DNA of 64,000 nt from Lama guanicoe. Taxonomy: Eukaryota. The stretch lies in NCBI GenBank assembly GCA_013239625.1, contig MU053934.1, forward strand, positions 6,404,399 through 6,468,398, given 5' to 3'. The position numbers and the translations under genes are program-made. The number at the start of each line of letters is the position of its first letter. Within the stretch, counting starts at the first letter, position 1. The notes under the pieces are model-generated. The model was not told the origin of the DNA. It made no database searches and saw nothing but the letters and a program-made list of their open reading frames with translations. Below, one piece after another: positions 52,351-64,000 of this stretch.

Positions 52351-53439
52351 CCCCACCCCCTTCCTGTCCCCTCCGTCAGTTCTGATCGAGACAGAGGTGT
52401 GACATGAGTAAGGGCCGTTCCCCTGTCTGCGCCTCGATTTTTCGCATGTCAAATAGGAAGGAAACCCCCAGCAGAACCGCTGCAGAGGACCAAGTTATGG
52501 GTCCCCTCCGCACAGCCTAGGGCGCTGCGCTAACCCTGGGGCGCGCGCTCTGGTCCTAGAACTTCTTGCAGGCCCCTCGGGGGTCCTAGGGAGTCCCCAG
52601 CTATGGACTATGGGTATGGCCTGGTCAGTGCTGTCCACCTAGGGATCTCTCCGCCTCCCTAGGTGTGAAGGGGAGAAGATTTGATTAGCCCCTGCCTTGG
52701 ATGAGGACAGCGGGAGCCCTACCTGGGGGCAGAGCCATTGGCGGACCCTTCACCCGGGCCCCCACAGGACCCTTGTCTCCTTTCTCAAGCCCAGGGGAGG
52801 AGGGTAAGAGGGGTGGGCAGGTACGGAACCTACTCGGAACACTATTCAGCTGCGTTTTTGAAGTTGGATTTAACTGGGAAATGTGACTGAGCTGGGGTGC
52901 CTTGCTTTTTCTCTGCCTTATTTTCTCATTTTAACATCAAAAACTGTTCCTGGAGGGCAGATTCATGATCCTCCCCTTCTAGGAGGCTAAGATCAATATG
53001 GAAGCTCCCACTGTCTAGATAGGAGCATGGGGGGGGGGGCAAGGGCTCCTGGGGCCATTTCACGCGTTTCCATACAGCACAGGCCTCGGCCATATCTGCT
53101 GAATGAATCAGGTGAAGTGACTCTAGTCTCCAGTTTTAGTTGAAGAATTTAGGCTCCTTGGGTCCTTCCTGCTCTCTTTTGCATCCTCTCTTCATTCAGC
53201 AACTGGGATCAGCTTATAAAAATGGAGGAGGTGGAGGAAGGAAGAGGGAGAAGGATTTACATTTAAAGGAGGATCAAGTTCTGTTGATGAGATGAGGGGC
53301 TGACAGACTAATTTCAGGTATTAGTGGGTTGACAGGAAGGGTGTGACCTCCCCCCAACACCCTCCCTCATCAGGGTGATTCCTCATGCCCTGGCCAAAGA
53401 CAGTCTGCTCCTCTCTCCTCCACCCACAAATACGCTTCT

Positions 53440-53597
53440 TTTTATTTTTTCTTTAATTTAAAAAAAAACTTTTTTTTTTTTGCAGGGAAGAGGTAGTTAG
53501 GTTTATTTATTTATTTGATTTATCAGTGGATGATTGAACCCAGGACCTCAGGCATGCTAGGCATGTGCTTTACCACATGAGCTATACCCTCCCCCCT
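53440..53597 (-). mobile_element. tRNA-Ala-derived SINE (Vic-1-like), second copy
   Basis: Reverse complement GGGGGAGGGTATAGCTCATGTGG...GAGGTCCTGGGTTCAATC...aaataaacctaactacctc + polyA; TSD cacaaatacgcttct (53425-53439) / cacaaacatgcttct (53598-53612). Confidence 0.85.
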
Positions 53598-56500
53598 CAC
53601 AAACATGCTTCTGATGCAGCCCAGAAGACCCCACCCCATTAAAAGACTTCATTACAATTTTAGAGAAGAAAATAGATGAGCAAAGGGATAAAATGAAGTT
53701 GCCTTAATCTCATCAGTGAGGACAACTGATGATTTTCATACTGTTTTATAACTAGGTTTTAGTTTACTTTTTGCTGTCAAACTTTCAGCTTGTTATTCTG
53801 CTTTAGAACTTTGTAACTATATTTTCTGTGCATGCTTTTCTGCTTCCTTAGCTGGTATCCCTAGAAATGGAATCCATGGCACAAACTGTCCACTTTGTAT
53901 CAATGCCCACACAACACTCTGCCAAGCAGCCCTCTAGGTTACTGGGGCTCCAATGGTGGCTACTTCTCCCCTCTTTCTCATCCTATTGCTGGGCACTAGG
54001 TTTAAAAAGGCTTGTCTCTGCCCCCCGCCACCCCCCTAGGACTGTGGACACTTTCCAGGTAGGATGACCCTATGGGCCCAGAACAAGTCTTCCAATGCTC
54101 TCCTCTTGGTTACAACCCCTTCCTGGGCCCTTCTCTTGCTCCCACTGTCCTGGCATCATTGAGTGTTCTGCTCAACTTACACCCCAAGTTGACTGCAATC
54201 AGGATATATATCTATATCTCTATTTATCCAATAAAGGAGCTATATTCCAGTCCATCCTGCACCTGGGGACTACTGTCCTATTGTCCAACCTCCAGCTCCT
54301 CCCCACACCCATGGCTTCCTCCCCATCTCAGTTGGTTCAATGGTCAGCAAGGAACCATAGATGCCCACATCTAGCAGGTCCACACCAGGCACTCAGTGCC
54401 CTCTCCATGTGAGCACACAGCCTTGGAGGGAAGGGGTGCAGGAAAAGGCAAATGTAAAGACAGAACACAGCCATTCAGCTGACATTGCCCCCCAGGTGCC
54501 AAGCTATGTGCTGGGTAAGGGGATCTAGAGATGGAGCAGTGCAGCTGAGGAGGGACCCCTTTGCCCAGGCTGCCCTCCCTGGACTCTGGGGTCTCTCTCC
54601 ATAGCAAGGCACCAGAGCACCTGCCCCTCATCTCCACTGCCCTCCACCACCAAGCCTGTGTCACCAAAAATCATCTATTGATCCAGGCTTAAAATAACCC
54701 CTGGCATCTGCAGCGAACCCCACGGGGCAGGCAGAGGAGCTGTGTCTCTGCTCCTGAAGGGCACCTGCCCCACCCCCAGCTCCAAAAGCCGGCAGCTGGA
54801 GTGTGCCTGTGTCTGAGTGTGCTCACGGTGTGAGTGAGTGTGCGTATCTGGGCTGGTGTGACTGTGAGGGCCTTTCCCGCACGTGGGCATGTGTGTATCT
54901 GTGTGTTGGTGTGGATGCACCTGTGCAAACGTGTTCTTCCCTCACTGTTGAGTCCTCACCTGGTGCCTGGATAAGACTCAGGGTCCTGGGAGGTCATGGA
55001 CATTAAAGAAGCCTGACCTGGGCTTCAGTGTCTGTGTTTTAGGTGGTAACTCACCAGTTTGCCCAGCCCTCCTAGAGAGAAACCCAAGACCCAGAGAGGG
55101 GAAGTGATTTGCTGTGACTGGCACACAGCCTGGAAGGGCCAGAGTCTGGCCAGGAACCTACACTGTGAACCTACTTTCTGGCCAGTTCAGTACAGAGAGA
55201 GCACCTGGAGGACCCCAGCCTAGAGGCCAGGGAAGTGTTCCTACCCACTGACAGCACACCCAGTGCCTGACTAATGCCTGACATGCCAACTCCTCCATGA
55301 GCCCCCAGGTCTTCCCACAGGCTGGTCTCTCTTCCAGGAAAGTCTTTCCAGCCCCTCCCAGTGTGAGCTCCTATTCATTCTTCATGTTGAAGCCAGACTA
55401 ATGTGGGTTGGAATTCCTGCTCTAAAAAGGCCGATCAACCTTTCCAGGCCTTAGTTTTCTCATCCATAAAATGGGCTGCTAGCTCCTCTTTAGTAGGGCT
55501 GCAGGGAGAAGCCAGCGCAGCTCTGACTGAGAAACATCCAGGAACATGCAGCCTCGTGGGAGTCCCTACCACAGCGGTGCTAAGATGGTGATTGGCACCG
55601 TGGGTGCCATCCACAAGCCTCAAAGTCCTCATTTCCAAGCCCATTTCGCTTCCATTTCCTCCATGGTGGAGGGTTACCCAAGAAACAGAGATTCTAGGGG
55701 ACTATAGGCTCCCTGTTAGTGCAGATGCCATCTAAGTACCGGGAGGGGTCTGGAGGGAAGGGCCCGCAGCTCCTTTGTCTCCCTAAGAGGCAGCTCGTGA
55801 CTCAGGCTCCAGCTGCCTGTGGGAGGGAGGGGGCGCTGGGACTCCTGAGGTCGTGAGGAAGAGGCGGTTAGGAGTGGTAGGGCTGCGAGCTGGGACTCAG
55901 CTTCCCTTCCCAGTTCCTCATGCACCCAGTGAAGGTACAAATCCGGAGCTGCCCACCAGGACTGTAGCGCGGGAACAGACCCAGAGAGGACAGTACTCGG
56001 CGGAGGCCACACAGCGGGTCCGTCCAGGACAGGCGCGCCCTGTCCCGCCAGCCTGCCGGTTCTTGGGACACAACTCCGAGGTCAGCTCCGAGTCCGGAGT
56101 CGGAGAGTGGGGGCGGTGAGGGGAAGGCCAGCTCTCCCCAAAGTCCGGGCCATGCCCGGCACTTGAACCCCTCCTGGTTCGGGCCGCGCGTGAGGACGGG
56201 GACCCCGTGTGAGGTCCAGAGTTTGGAGGGTCTACAGTTGTTCTTAGTGCCGCCGCTTGTCTGTTGCGTCCCTTTTTCGTTGTGGGTGGGCCTTGAACCC
56301 ATCCCTCTACTTGCTCTTGGCCCCGCCCCTTTCCTGCTGCCTTGTAGCCTCAGGCTCCTGAGCCCCACCTCTCTCCTTCACCCCGCCCTTTGCCGCGCCC
56401 CTCGCCCTGGCCCCACCCTCTCCGTCCCGGAGACCCGCCTTCCGGCGCCTGTAGGCTGGCAGTGGAGGTGCCACAGTTCCCCCTGACCGCAGGAGCTGCC

Positions 56501-58293
56501 GAGATAGACTTTCACCTGCCCTGAGTAGCTGTCAGCGTCCTGGATCCAGGCAGGACGCCCGGGGCTGGTCCTCAGATTCTCTGCAGCTGAGGGGAGTGAG
56601 GAGATGCTCAGAAGCCCGTTCGGTCCCTGGACTCCTGAGTACACCTCCCGCCTCACACCAGGGCAGCTTCCCCGCCCCACAGACTCCCTGAAAAGAGCAT
56701 TGGCCCGGCTCATGGTCGTCTGCGTCCTCCTGGCTCCTCCTTGACTCTCAGTGTGACCCTGGGCAGTTGTCCGTACCTCCGCAGCCCCGCCCCCTTCCCC
56801 ACCCCCAGATCAGGACCCTCAGGCACAGATTGGAGAGAGGTCAGATTTAGGTTCTGAGTGAGGGAAAATTTGGCCTAAGCCACCTACAACAGAGCACATG
56901 GGAGTGGGCTCCCACCCTCCTGCCCAGAGGAAGGTCAGAGGGGTCTGGTGGCTTCTCAGAGGTGACAGGGAAGGGTGGGACCAACTAGTGGAGCTGGAGG
57001 ATCACCGGGTTCCCTGAGGTGGGTGCTCCTGTGTGCCATGGGGCAGGAATGGCCACAGGGAGGGTTCTGACACAGCCTCACCTGGCACACAGGGGGCATG
57101 TTGCCCAATCTTCCAGCCACCCACCTCCTGCCCCCTCTTCTCTGCACCTGTACACACAGTTCCCAGGACCAGGAATGCCCTTTCTCTGCTCCATTCCAAA
57201 AGGAAAACTCCGAAGACCTCAGGGCAAACCTCCTACTCTTCAAAGCACTCCCTGGAAGCTAAATTAGTCACCCTCCTGCTTGGGGCATTCCCTGGTCACC
57301 CTCATTTGTGTCCCAGTCTGTCTCTCCCACTGGACTAGGAACTAATGGCAGGGCCTGAGGCTGACCTCCTGGCACGGACCAAAATGGCCCTGAGGCAAAG
57401 CAGGCCTACCAAAATCTGGTGTGACGATGGGGCAGTAAATGAATGATTGATGGGGGACTCCTGAGACGCCTCAGGTCTGCTCTGGGAAACTCATTTCCTA
57501 GGGGGAATTTCTGAGGGTTGGGGACTTTGGGCAGAAAGTGTCTGCATCCCAGGAAAGGGAGGAGGTCGAGGTACTCCTGAGGGGGACACTGTACTTGCTG
57601 CACGATCTCTTTAATCTTGGACAGCTGGTTGGCCCTCAGGCTACATTTTGAATATGGGAGACAGGCCTGAAGAGATGCCAGCAGCTTTTAAAGGTAAGGG
57701 CTGTGTGCGGCCATCCTCACTGAGACACAGGGAGGTTAGGGGTCAGGTCCTTCCTGCCTGGTCTCACCAGCTGGGCTTCCCAACCCCCACCTTGAGCCTG
57801 AAGCTGGGGCTGCCAGGCAGGAAGTGAAAGGTGCCTGCAGGAAGCCCAGGAGGAACTGAGACTTCAGCTGGCCCCGCCCCCACTTGCCAGGGCCCTGGGG
57901 ATGTCGGGGAAACCTGACCCCCTATTAGGAAAAATGAGCCAAAAACAGGCTATGGGGAGGGGGGCTACTTACCTTGCTTCCCATCCCAACAAGTAGTTCT
58001 TCCAGTATATCTTGGATACCTCTCACTCCAAAAAGAGACCAGTTGGGAGGAAAATCTTCGAGTAGTGAAAAAACAAGGAGTAAAGCCTGGAATCAATGTC
58101 TGGAGTTGGCCACTCTTGAGGGAGCATCACTGCTTATTGTATCTTGGGCCAGATCCCTTTACCTCTCTGGGCCTCTTCTTTTCCTATCTGCAGAATGGGC
58201 CATATAATAATCCCTGATTATGGACATGAACCGGTCCAGATTTTCAGGAAAGCAATTTTACCAATAGGAGCTTTAAAAAAGATCGGGGCCTTT

Positions 58294-60913
58294 CCAATAT
58301 CTTTGATGAATATAGATGTAAACGTTCTCAACAAAATATTAGCAAACTGAATCCAACAACAGTTAAAAAGATCACACACTACAATCAAGTTGGACTCATC
58401 CCAGGGTCTCAAGGATGGTTCAGTATATGCAAATCAATCAGTATGATACACCACATCACCAAATGAAGGACAGAAACCTTCAACTCAATGATGCATCATC
58501 TCAATAGATGCAGAAAAAGCATTTGATAAAATTCAACATCCATTCATCATAAACACTCTTACCAAAGTGCGTATAGAGGGAACATATCTCAACATCATAA
58601 AAGCTATTTATGACAAACTCACATCCAACATAATTCTCAATGATGAAGAGTTGAAAGCCTTCCTGCTAAAATCTGGAGCAAGAGAAGGATGCCCACTCTT
58701 ACCACTTCTGTTCAGCATAGTATTGGAGGTCCTAGTGGCAGCAATCAGACAAGAAAAGGAAGTAAAATAGATCCAAATTGGAAAGGAAAAGGTAAAATTG
58801 TCACTGTATGCAGATGACATGATAACTATGTATAGAAAATCCTAAAGACTCCACACAAAAACTATGAGAACTGATAAATGCATTCAGCAAGGTAGCAAGA
58901 TACAAGATTAACATACAGAAATCTGTTGCATTTCTTTACACTAACAATGAAATATCAGAAAAGGAAAGTAAAAAAAAAAAATCCCTTTAAAATCACATCA
59001 GAGAGCAATCTGAGAGGCTGTCATCCCAGGCTCAAAGGGGTTTGAGCCCTCAGAAATGTCTGCCGGATAAAACATAACTCTCAAAAAATAAATAAGTAAA
59101 ATAAAATAAAATCGCATCAACAAACAAACAACTTAGTAATAAACCTGACCAAGGAGGTGAAAAACTTATACACTGAGAAATATAAAGCATTGATAACAGA
59201 AATTGAAGATGATTTAAAGAAATGGAAAGATATCCCATGCTCTTGGATTGGAAAAATTAATACTATTAAAATGACCATACTACCCAAAGCAAACTACAGA
59301 TTTTAAGCAATACCTGTCAAATTACCCAGGACATTTTTCACAGAATAGAACAAATACCCCTAAAATTTATACAGAATCACAAAAGGCCCAGAATTGCCAA
59401 AACAATCCTGAGGAAAAAGAACAAAGCTGGAGGCATAACCCTCCTGGACTTCAGACAATACTACAGAGCTACAGTAATCAAAACAGCATGGTATGGTTTT
59501 TGCACAAAAACAGACATATGGATCAATAGAACAGAACAGAGAGTCCAAAAATAAACCCACACACCTACAGTCAATTAATCTTCAACAAAGGAGGCAAGAA
59601 TATATAATGGAGAAAAGGCAATCTCTTAGGCACATGGTGTTGGGAAAGCTGGACAGCCACATGTAAATCAATGAATTTAGAATACTCCCTCACACCATAC
59701 ACAGAAATAAACTCAAAATGGCTTAAAGACTTAAACATAAGACAGGACACCATAAATCTCCTAGAAGGGAACATAGGCAAAACATTCTCTGACATAAGTT
59801 GTTTTCCTACGTCAGTCTCCCACGGCAATAGAAATAAAAGCAAAAATAAACAAATGGAACCTAATCAAAGTTATAAGGTTTTGTACAGCAAAAAGATAGC
59901 CTATAGACTGGGAGAAAATACTTTCAAATAATGCAACTGATAAGGGCTTAATTTCCAGAATATACAAATAGTTCATACAACTCAATAACAAAAAAATAAA
60001 CAACCCAATCAGAAAAATGGGCAAAAGACCTAAATAGACATTTCTCCAACAAGGACATACAGATGGCCAACAGGCATGTGAAAAGATGCTCAACATCACT
60101 AATTATCAGAGAAATGCAAATCAGAACTACAATGAGGTATCACTTTACACTGGTCAGAATGGCCCTCATTAAAAAGTCCACAAACAATAAATGCTAGAAA
60201 GGGTGTGGCGAAAAGGGAGCCCTCCTACACTGTTGGTGGGAATGTAATTTGGTGCAGCCACTATGGAAAACAGTAGGAAGGTTCCTTAAAAAACTAAAAG
60301 TAGAGCTACCATATGATCCAGCAATTCTACTCCTGGGCACATATCCAGAAAAAACTCTAATTTGAAAAGATACATACACCCCAATGTTCCTAACAGCACT
60401 GTTCACAATAGCCAAGACATGGGAGCAAACTAAATAATTGGATAAAAAAGTTGTGGTATATGTATATATATATATAGGAATACTACTCAGCCATAAAAAA
60501 TGAAATGATGCCATTTGTAGCAACATGGATGGACCTAGAGATTATCATACTAAGTGAAGTAAGTCAGATAAAGACAAACATCATATGATGTCACTTATAT
60601 GTGGATACAAACGAACTTATTTACAAAACAGAAACAGATTCACAGATGTAGAAAACAAACTTATGGTTACCAAAGGGGAAGGGAGTAAGAGATAAATTAG
60701 GAGTTTGGGACTAGCAGGTACAAACTACTGTATGTAATATAAACAAGGTCCTACCGTATAGCACAGGGAACCATATTCAATATCTTGTAATAACCTATAA
60801 TGAAAAAGGATCTTAAAAAGAATAGGTATGTATGTATTTATGTATAACAGAATCACTATATTGTACACCAGAAACTAACACAAAATTGTAAATCAACTAT
60901 ATTTCAATCGAAA
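58294..60913 (+). mobile_element. 5'-truncated LINE-1 (about 2.6 kb) between SHISA8 and TNFRSF13C
   Basis: ORF2 RT remnants ([38 protein letters not shown] motif) with stops; 19-bp TSD aaaaaagatcggggccttt (58275-58293) / aaaaaaggtcagggccttt (60914-60932) at a TT/AAAA site. Confidence 0.95.
59001..59107 (+). mobile_element. Short polyadenylated retroposed insert inside the L1
   Basis: 82-bp non-L1 body and 25-bp A-rich tail flanked by 12-bp TSD aaaatcacatca (58989-59000) / aaaatcgcatca (59108-59119). Confidence 0.8.
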
Positions 60914-63338
60914 AAAAAAGGTCAGGGCCTTTGCTTGCAATGTCTCCTGGAAAACAGACTCAGGCAGAGATTTATGCAGGAGACATTACTGCCTCAGTTA
61001 CAATAATAGTGAAAACTGAGAACAACCAAACACTCAAGTGGGAATCTTTACAAATGTTGAAAACTTTGTTTGTGAAGTGTTTAAAGACAAAAGAAAACAC
61101 CAAATATGACAGTCAAGGTGTGGATTTACATGTATACAATGTAGGAGAACCCACTACTCAGGGGCCTGGTGTTGCTGGGTTTGGGGTCATTTCTCCATAG
61201 ACTCCACCCTGGATTACTGTCCTGAACTTTGCAAAGTGTCTACAAAACACATGTCTTGATTTTTTTTAATAAAAAACATTTTTTAAAGCAAACACAGACA
61301 CCCACGCCCCTCCTCCTGTTGTGAACATCAAATGCACTAACCTCCTGAAGGCTCCTTAGAAAGCAGCATTAGGATAGAGGGCTGGAGACTGGAGGCCCCT
61401 GGGAGGGGGGACCCCTTTCAGGGGAGGCTGACCCCTCCTTGTCCACCTCTTTCCTGGCCTCTGCTCCTGGTTCCTCCACAGGGAACCTCCCTTCTGCTAT
61501 TTGCTGGATGACAACAAGGCCAAGTCTTTGCCCTCTCTGGGCCTCAGTTTCCTCATCTGTAAAGTGGAGGTGGGAGAGTGAGGATTCTCTAAGTTTCCTT
61601 CCAGTCCTCCTCTGGGGGCCACAGGCCAGGAGGGGAACTTTGTATCCAACCCTCCACTTTTCAGAAAAGGAAACTGAGACTGGACCAGGGATTGAGTGGG
61701 GATACAGTGGTGCCAGAGATTTGCATGTCTGGGCCCCAGGGGGTTTGTTTCACCTCCAGGGCCCACCCCTTGGCTGTAGTGCAAAAGGTTGGGTGGGAGA
61801 TAGGAGTGGTCAGGAACAGCTCAGATTGCCCCCACCCTGAGATGGAAGGAAGTGGAGAGCTGGGTCCATTCTGGGTCTGCCGCCCATCCTCCTGCCTACT
61901 GGCCACCCCCTTACCTCACCCCAGCCACCTAGCAGCCCGGGCAGGGGTATCTGAGATGGGTTCAGGAGGGAGGGGAAGAGACGTAGATGTGGGTGTCCAG
62001 GTGCTGGGGGCTCCAAATGCTGCTCACCACTGACTGTCTTTGAGCTGGGAAAGGGGTGGGCAGGAAGGGTGGTGTCTGCTGGGCAGCTCTGATGAGCAGG
62101 TCAAGGAGAGGTGGGCAGAAAGCATCTGATGCATGGAACAGAACATAGTCAAGGACTTATAAGTAGGACAAATGGTATCAGAACTCCATCTTCTGACTCC
62201 CAGTCCAGTGCCCCTTCCAAAGGTGCTAAGCTGTGACAAGTTCCAAGGACACTGACCAGGGTGGAGTCCAGGTCAGGAGGTTGTAACCCTGAGTAGGAGG
62301 GTCGGCAGGAGAGTCGGTGGGTGACTGAGTGCACAACGTGGTCCAGAAGTGGAAGAGATGGTCTCAGCTCCAGGCCCCAGAGCAAAGGGCACCACTGTCA
62401 GAGGAACAGTTCTACTGAGATGATAGGTGACTGCAGGGGCCAGCACAGAATGGCCAAGTGATCCAGGCACTTTAAGATGACAGGCCCCAGAGAGAAGGGG
62501 GCTGAAGGGACATCAGGTCCAGCTGGTTCAAGGCTGCAGGCCTGCCCTGGCCTCTGAACAAAGGAGCCTCCTGGAGATCCTGGGCCCTACCCTTGTACAG
62601 TGTGCCCTGGAGACAGCTGGGACTCCACGTGGCCTCCGACAGAGATGCCTGCCACTGTGCCTTCAGTGTGAATTTGTAGTCCAGCCCCAGAGGCTGTAGA
62701 CTTCCTCCCAAGTGTGACACTGGGGCTCTGAAAGCTGCCCCCAGGCTGAAAATGGCATCACAGGTCCTAGCAGATTGGGCCAAGCTCAGGGTTGACCTTA
62801 GGGTACAGATATCTGAGAATCAGCATAATCCAGGCTATTTCTTAAAATAAATCATCTTGTAATAAGTCCCAAAGCAAACCAGTCGGTTGTTTACTCATTG
62901 CTGCAATTTACATCAGTTTAAAAGTGGGATGGCTCTGAGAGCAAGTATTAAAGAAAGGCAACACCCAGGTACAAATTAAGTATCCTCCCACTTGATCCTT
63001 TTCCTAGATTCATTCTGACTTATGGTGGCTTCCCCATGCTTAAAGAAAAACTCCTACTCAGTGTCCCAGCCACTCAAAAGCACAGAGCTCAGCCACAACC
63101 TTTGAGGGCTGCCAAAGATGGCATGATTTGACGCCAAATGCTAACATTCCACACAATGCCAGGAAGGCTGAACTCGGTGGTCTGTGGTGCCTGTGGTTCT
63201 GTAGGGTTAGCCCGGGAGCAGCCTGGCTCCCAGAAAAGGGGCAGGTGGGTGCTGGGGTGAAGAACCGAATCCAACCTCCAAGCTCCTGGCTGACGGCCCA
63301 CAGGGAAGGCAGGGGCCATGTTCTTCCCACCTCCGCTG

Positions 63339-63520
63339 CTACTGTTGCTCAGGGCCGGCCGTCTTGGTGGTCACCAGCTCCGTGGAACCCAGCTCTGTGG
63401 CTGGCACAGGGATGCTGTGGGCAGGTGGGGTAGTGGCTGGGTCTTCACTGGGTGGAAGCCAGATGGGAGCTGTGACATCCAGGGTTCCAGGGGAGAGGAT
63501 GGTGACATTGTCCAGGGGCT
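63339..63520 (-). CDS. TNFRSF13C: TNF receptor superfamily member 13C (BAFF-R), last coding exon; upstream exons lie beyond the window end
   Basis: cccctaaccag|AG CCC CTG GAC...; translates (E)PLDNVTILSPGTLDVTAPIWLPPSEDPATTPPAHSIPVPATELGSTELVTTKTAGPEQQ*, with the TRAF3-binding PVPAT motif; synteny with SREBF2-SHISA8. Confidence 0.95.
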
Positions 63521-64000
63521 CTGGTTAGGGGAAATGCAGGGTCAGGACTGGGTCACAGACTTCCCGCATCTCTGTTCTGGAAGCCCCCCTGGAGGGACAG
63601 CCCTCTAACTTATGAGAGAGAAGTCAGTTGAAGCCCCACTGCAAGGATGGGGGGTTGGGAGGCACGTGATGGGCCCTCAGAACAGGAAGCTCTGAGAGGT
63701 CCGGTAAAATGGCAGTGCTGACAGAGGGAGAGGAGCTGTGGGAGCCAGTCTGGCCGTCCCAGAGAGAGGGTAGGACAGACCCCCTCCCTCCGCCAGGCTC
63801 CCCAGCCTCCGATCTCTTCCTCACACGGGTCTGGGAGGCCAGAGCTGTGGCCCTCACCTGGACTGGTGTCTGGGGGGGGCGGGGAACGACCTCCCGGCTC
63901 AGCCTCAGCGCCCAGGAGTGCGCTCTTTGCCCCCTCTGCCTGCGTCACTCCCAGGGCCCTGCCTCCCCTTCAGAGGTCCCCACGCCCCTAAGGGCAGTGT

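Noticed and set aside
63858..63987. Donor-like CAG|GTGAGG on the minus strand as a possible TNFRSF13C exon 2
   Set aside because: The upstream frame lacks the TM helix and hits TAG at about 63990, and there is no good in-phase acceptor; the real exon 2 probably lies just beyond 64000.

Overview
Mammalian genomic DNA, most likely a camelid, judging from two Vic-1-like tRNA-Ala-derived SINEs. The window covers the conserved SREBF2 - SHISA8 - TNFRSF13C block. On the + strand, bases 1-11883 are SREBF2 intron 1 (exon 1 and promoter lie outside the window), followed by coding exons 2-19 (11884-42480). All of these exons have GT-AG junctions and join into one open frame. MIR33A lies in intron 16 (38280-38348), and the 3'UTR carries two AATAAA signals. 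On the - strand, SHISA8 is complete (4 exons, 51592-46769, 399 aa, CpG-island promoter), and the last coding exon of TNFRSF13C/BAFF-R is present (63520-63339) although the ORF track misses it. Repeats include three 5'-truncated L1s (two with clear TSDs), an ERV1-like solo LTR with a 4-bp TSD, Tigger13a, MER5A, MER104, MIR and L2. Most ORF-track entries are spurious. This is a well-studied locus and I see no clearly new multi-gene system. The best leads are: (1) a strong-Kozak 5-codon uORF (MRRAL*) just upstream of SHISA8, possibly a relic of a SHISA9-like start; (2) an immediate in-frame stop plus sense polyA signals and a sense L1 in SREBF2 intron 7, which could yield a membrane-free, constitutively active SREBP2; (3) a variant S1P cleavage site (RSML); (4) a 107-bp TSD-flanked polyadenylated orphan retroposon inside an L1; (5) a B-cell transcription factor motif cluster downstream of TNFRSF13C. 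Comparisons with human proteins and repeat consensus sequences are from memory, not from database searches.
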